Shown here piece after piece: positions 15,646 through 15,892 of a DNA stretch of 15,892 nt. This stretch comes from Rhodothermales bacterium (lineage in GTDB: Bacteria; Bacteroidota; Rhodothermia; Rhodothermales; VXPQ01): NCBI GenBank assembly GCA_040904565.1, contig JBBDTI010000090.1:1-15892 (forward strand), given 5' to 3'. The first letter of the stretch is position 1. Every line of letters starts with the position of its first letter. The notes beneath the pieces are model-generated. The model did no database searches and was not told where the DNA came from. It worked only from the letters and a program-made list of their open reading frames with translations. A program made the translations under genes and the position numbers.

Positions 15646-15892
15646 TCAGCCGTACACTTCGTCCGGGTCGAACACGCGCTCGCCTTCTATCCGTAGATCT
15701 CCATCCTCGTATCTCCGGTAAAAACACGACTTGAATCCCGTGTGGCAGGCGGCGCCCCCGTGTTGTTTGACCTTGAAGAGCAGCGCATCCCCGTCGCAAT
15801 CGATGCGAATCTCCTGCACTTCCTGGATGTTGCCGCTGCTCTGGCCCTTAACCCAGACCTCCTGCCGCGATCGGCTCCAGTAGGTCATGATG
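15646..15892 (-). CDS. hisI: Phosphoribosyl-AMP cyclohydrolase, C-terminal part (5' end beyond window)
   Basis: [20 protein letters not shown] and ACHTG..SCF metal-binding motifs. The frame stays open to the right edge and ends at TGA 15646 with no C-terminal HisE fusion. Confidence 0.96.
   Translation of the reverse strand, partial: IMTYWSRSRQEVWVKGQSSGNIQEVQEIRIDCDGDALLFKVKQHGGAACHTGFKSCFYRRYEDGDLRIEGERVFDPDEVYG

Overview
GC-rich (about 60-65% by eye) core-genome region, most likely from a Rhodothermales-like or other Bacteroidota-related bacterium. This is inferred from the PorW/SprE-like gene and the protein styles. The minus strand carries the 3' part of hisI, a PrcB_C-type lipoprotein, an uncharacterised lipoprotein, an M50 site-2 protease with CBS domains, pyk, a 1124-aa TPR lipoprotein, ftsH, and then the str operon rpsL-rpsG-fusA-tuf (tuf truncated at the left edge). 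The only plus-strand gene is a YbjT-like NAD(P)-binding/DUF2867 protein. I see no mobile element, CRISPR array, rRNA/tRNA or defence system, and nothing that clearly qualifies as a new multi-gene system. The best leads are: (i) a PorW/SprE-like T9SS lipoprotein with a C-terminal SPOR domain, a 225-aa acidic insertion and 22 Bacteroidota-type O-glycosylation sequons; (ii) RNA structure in the str operon, namely a three-hairpin rpsL leader with a C(UCCG)G tetraloop and perfect stems holding the rpsG and fusA stop codons in tetraloops; (iii) several small repeats and palindromes in intergenic DNA. All domain calls come from motif recognition, not database searches.
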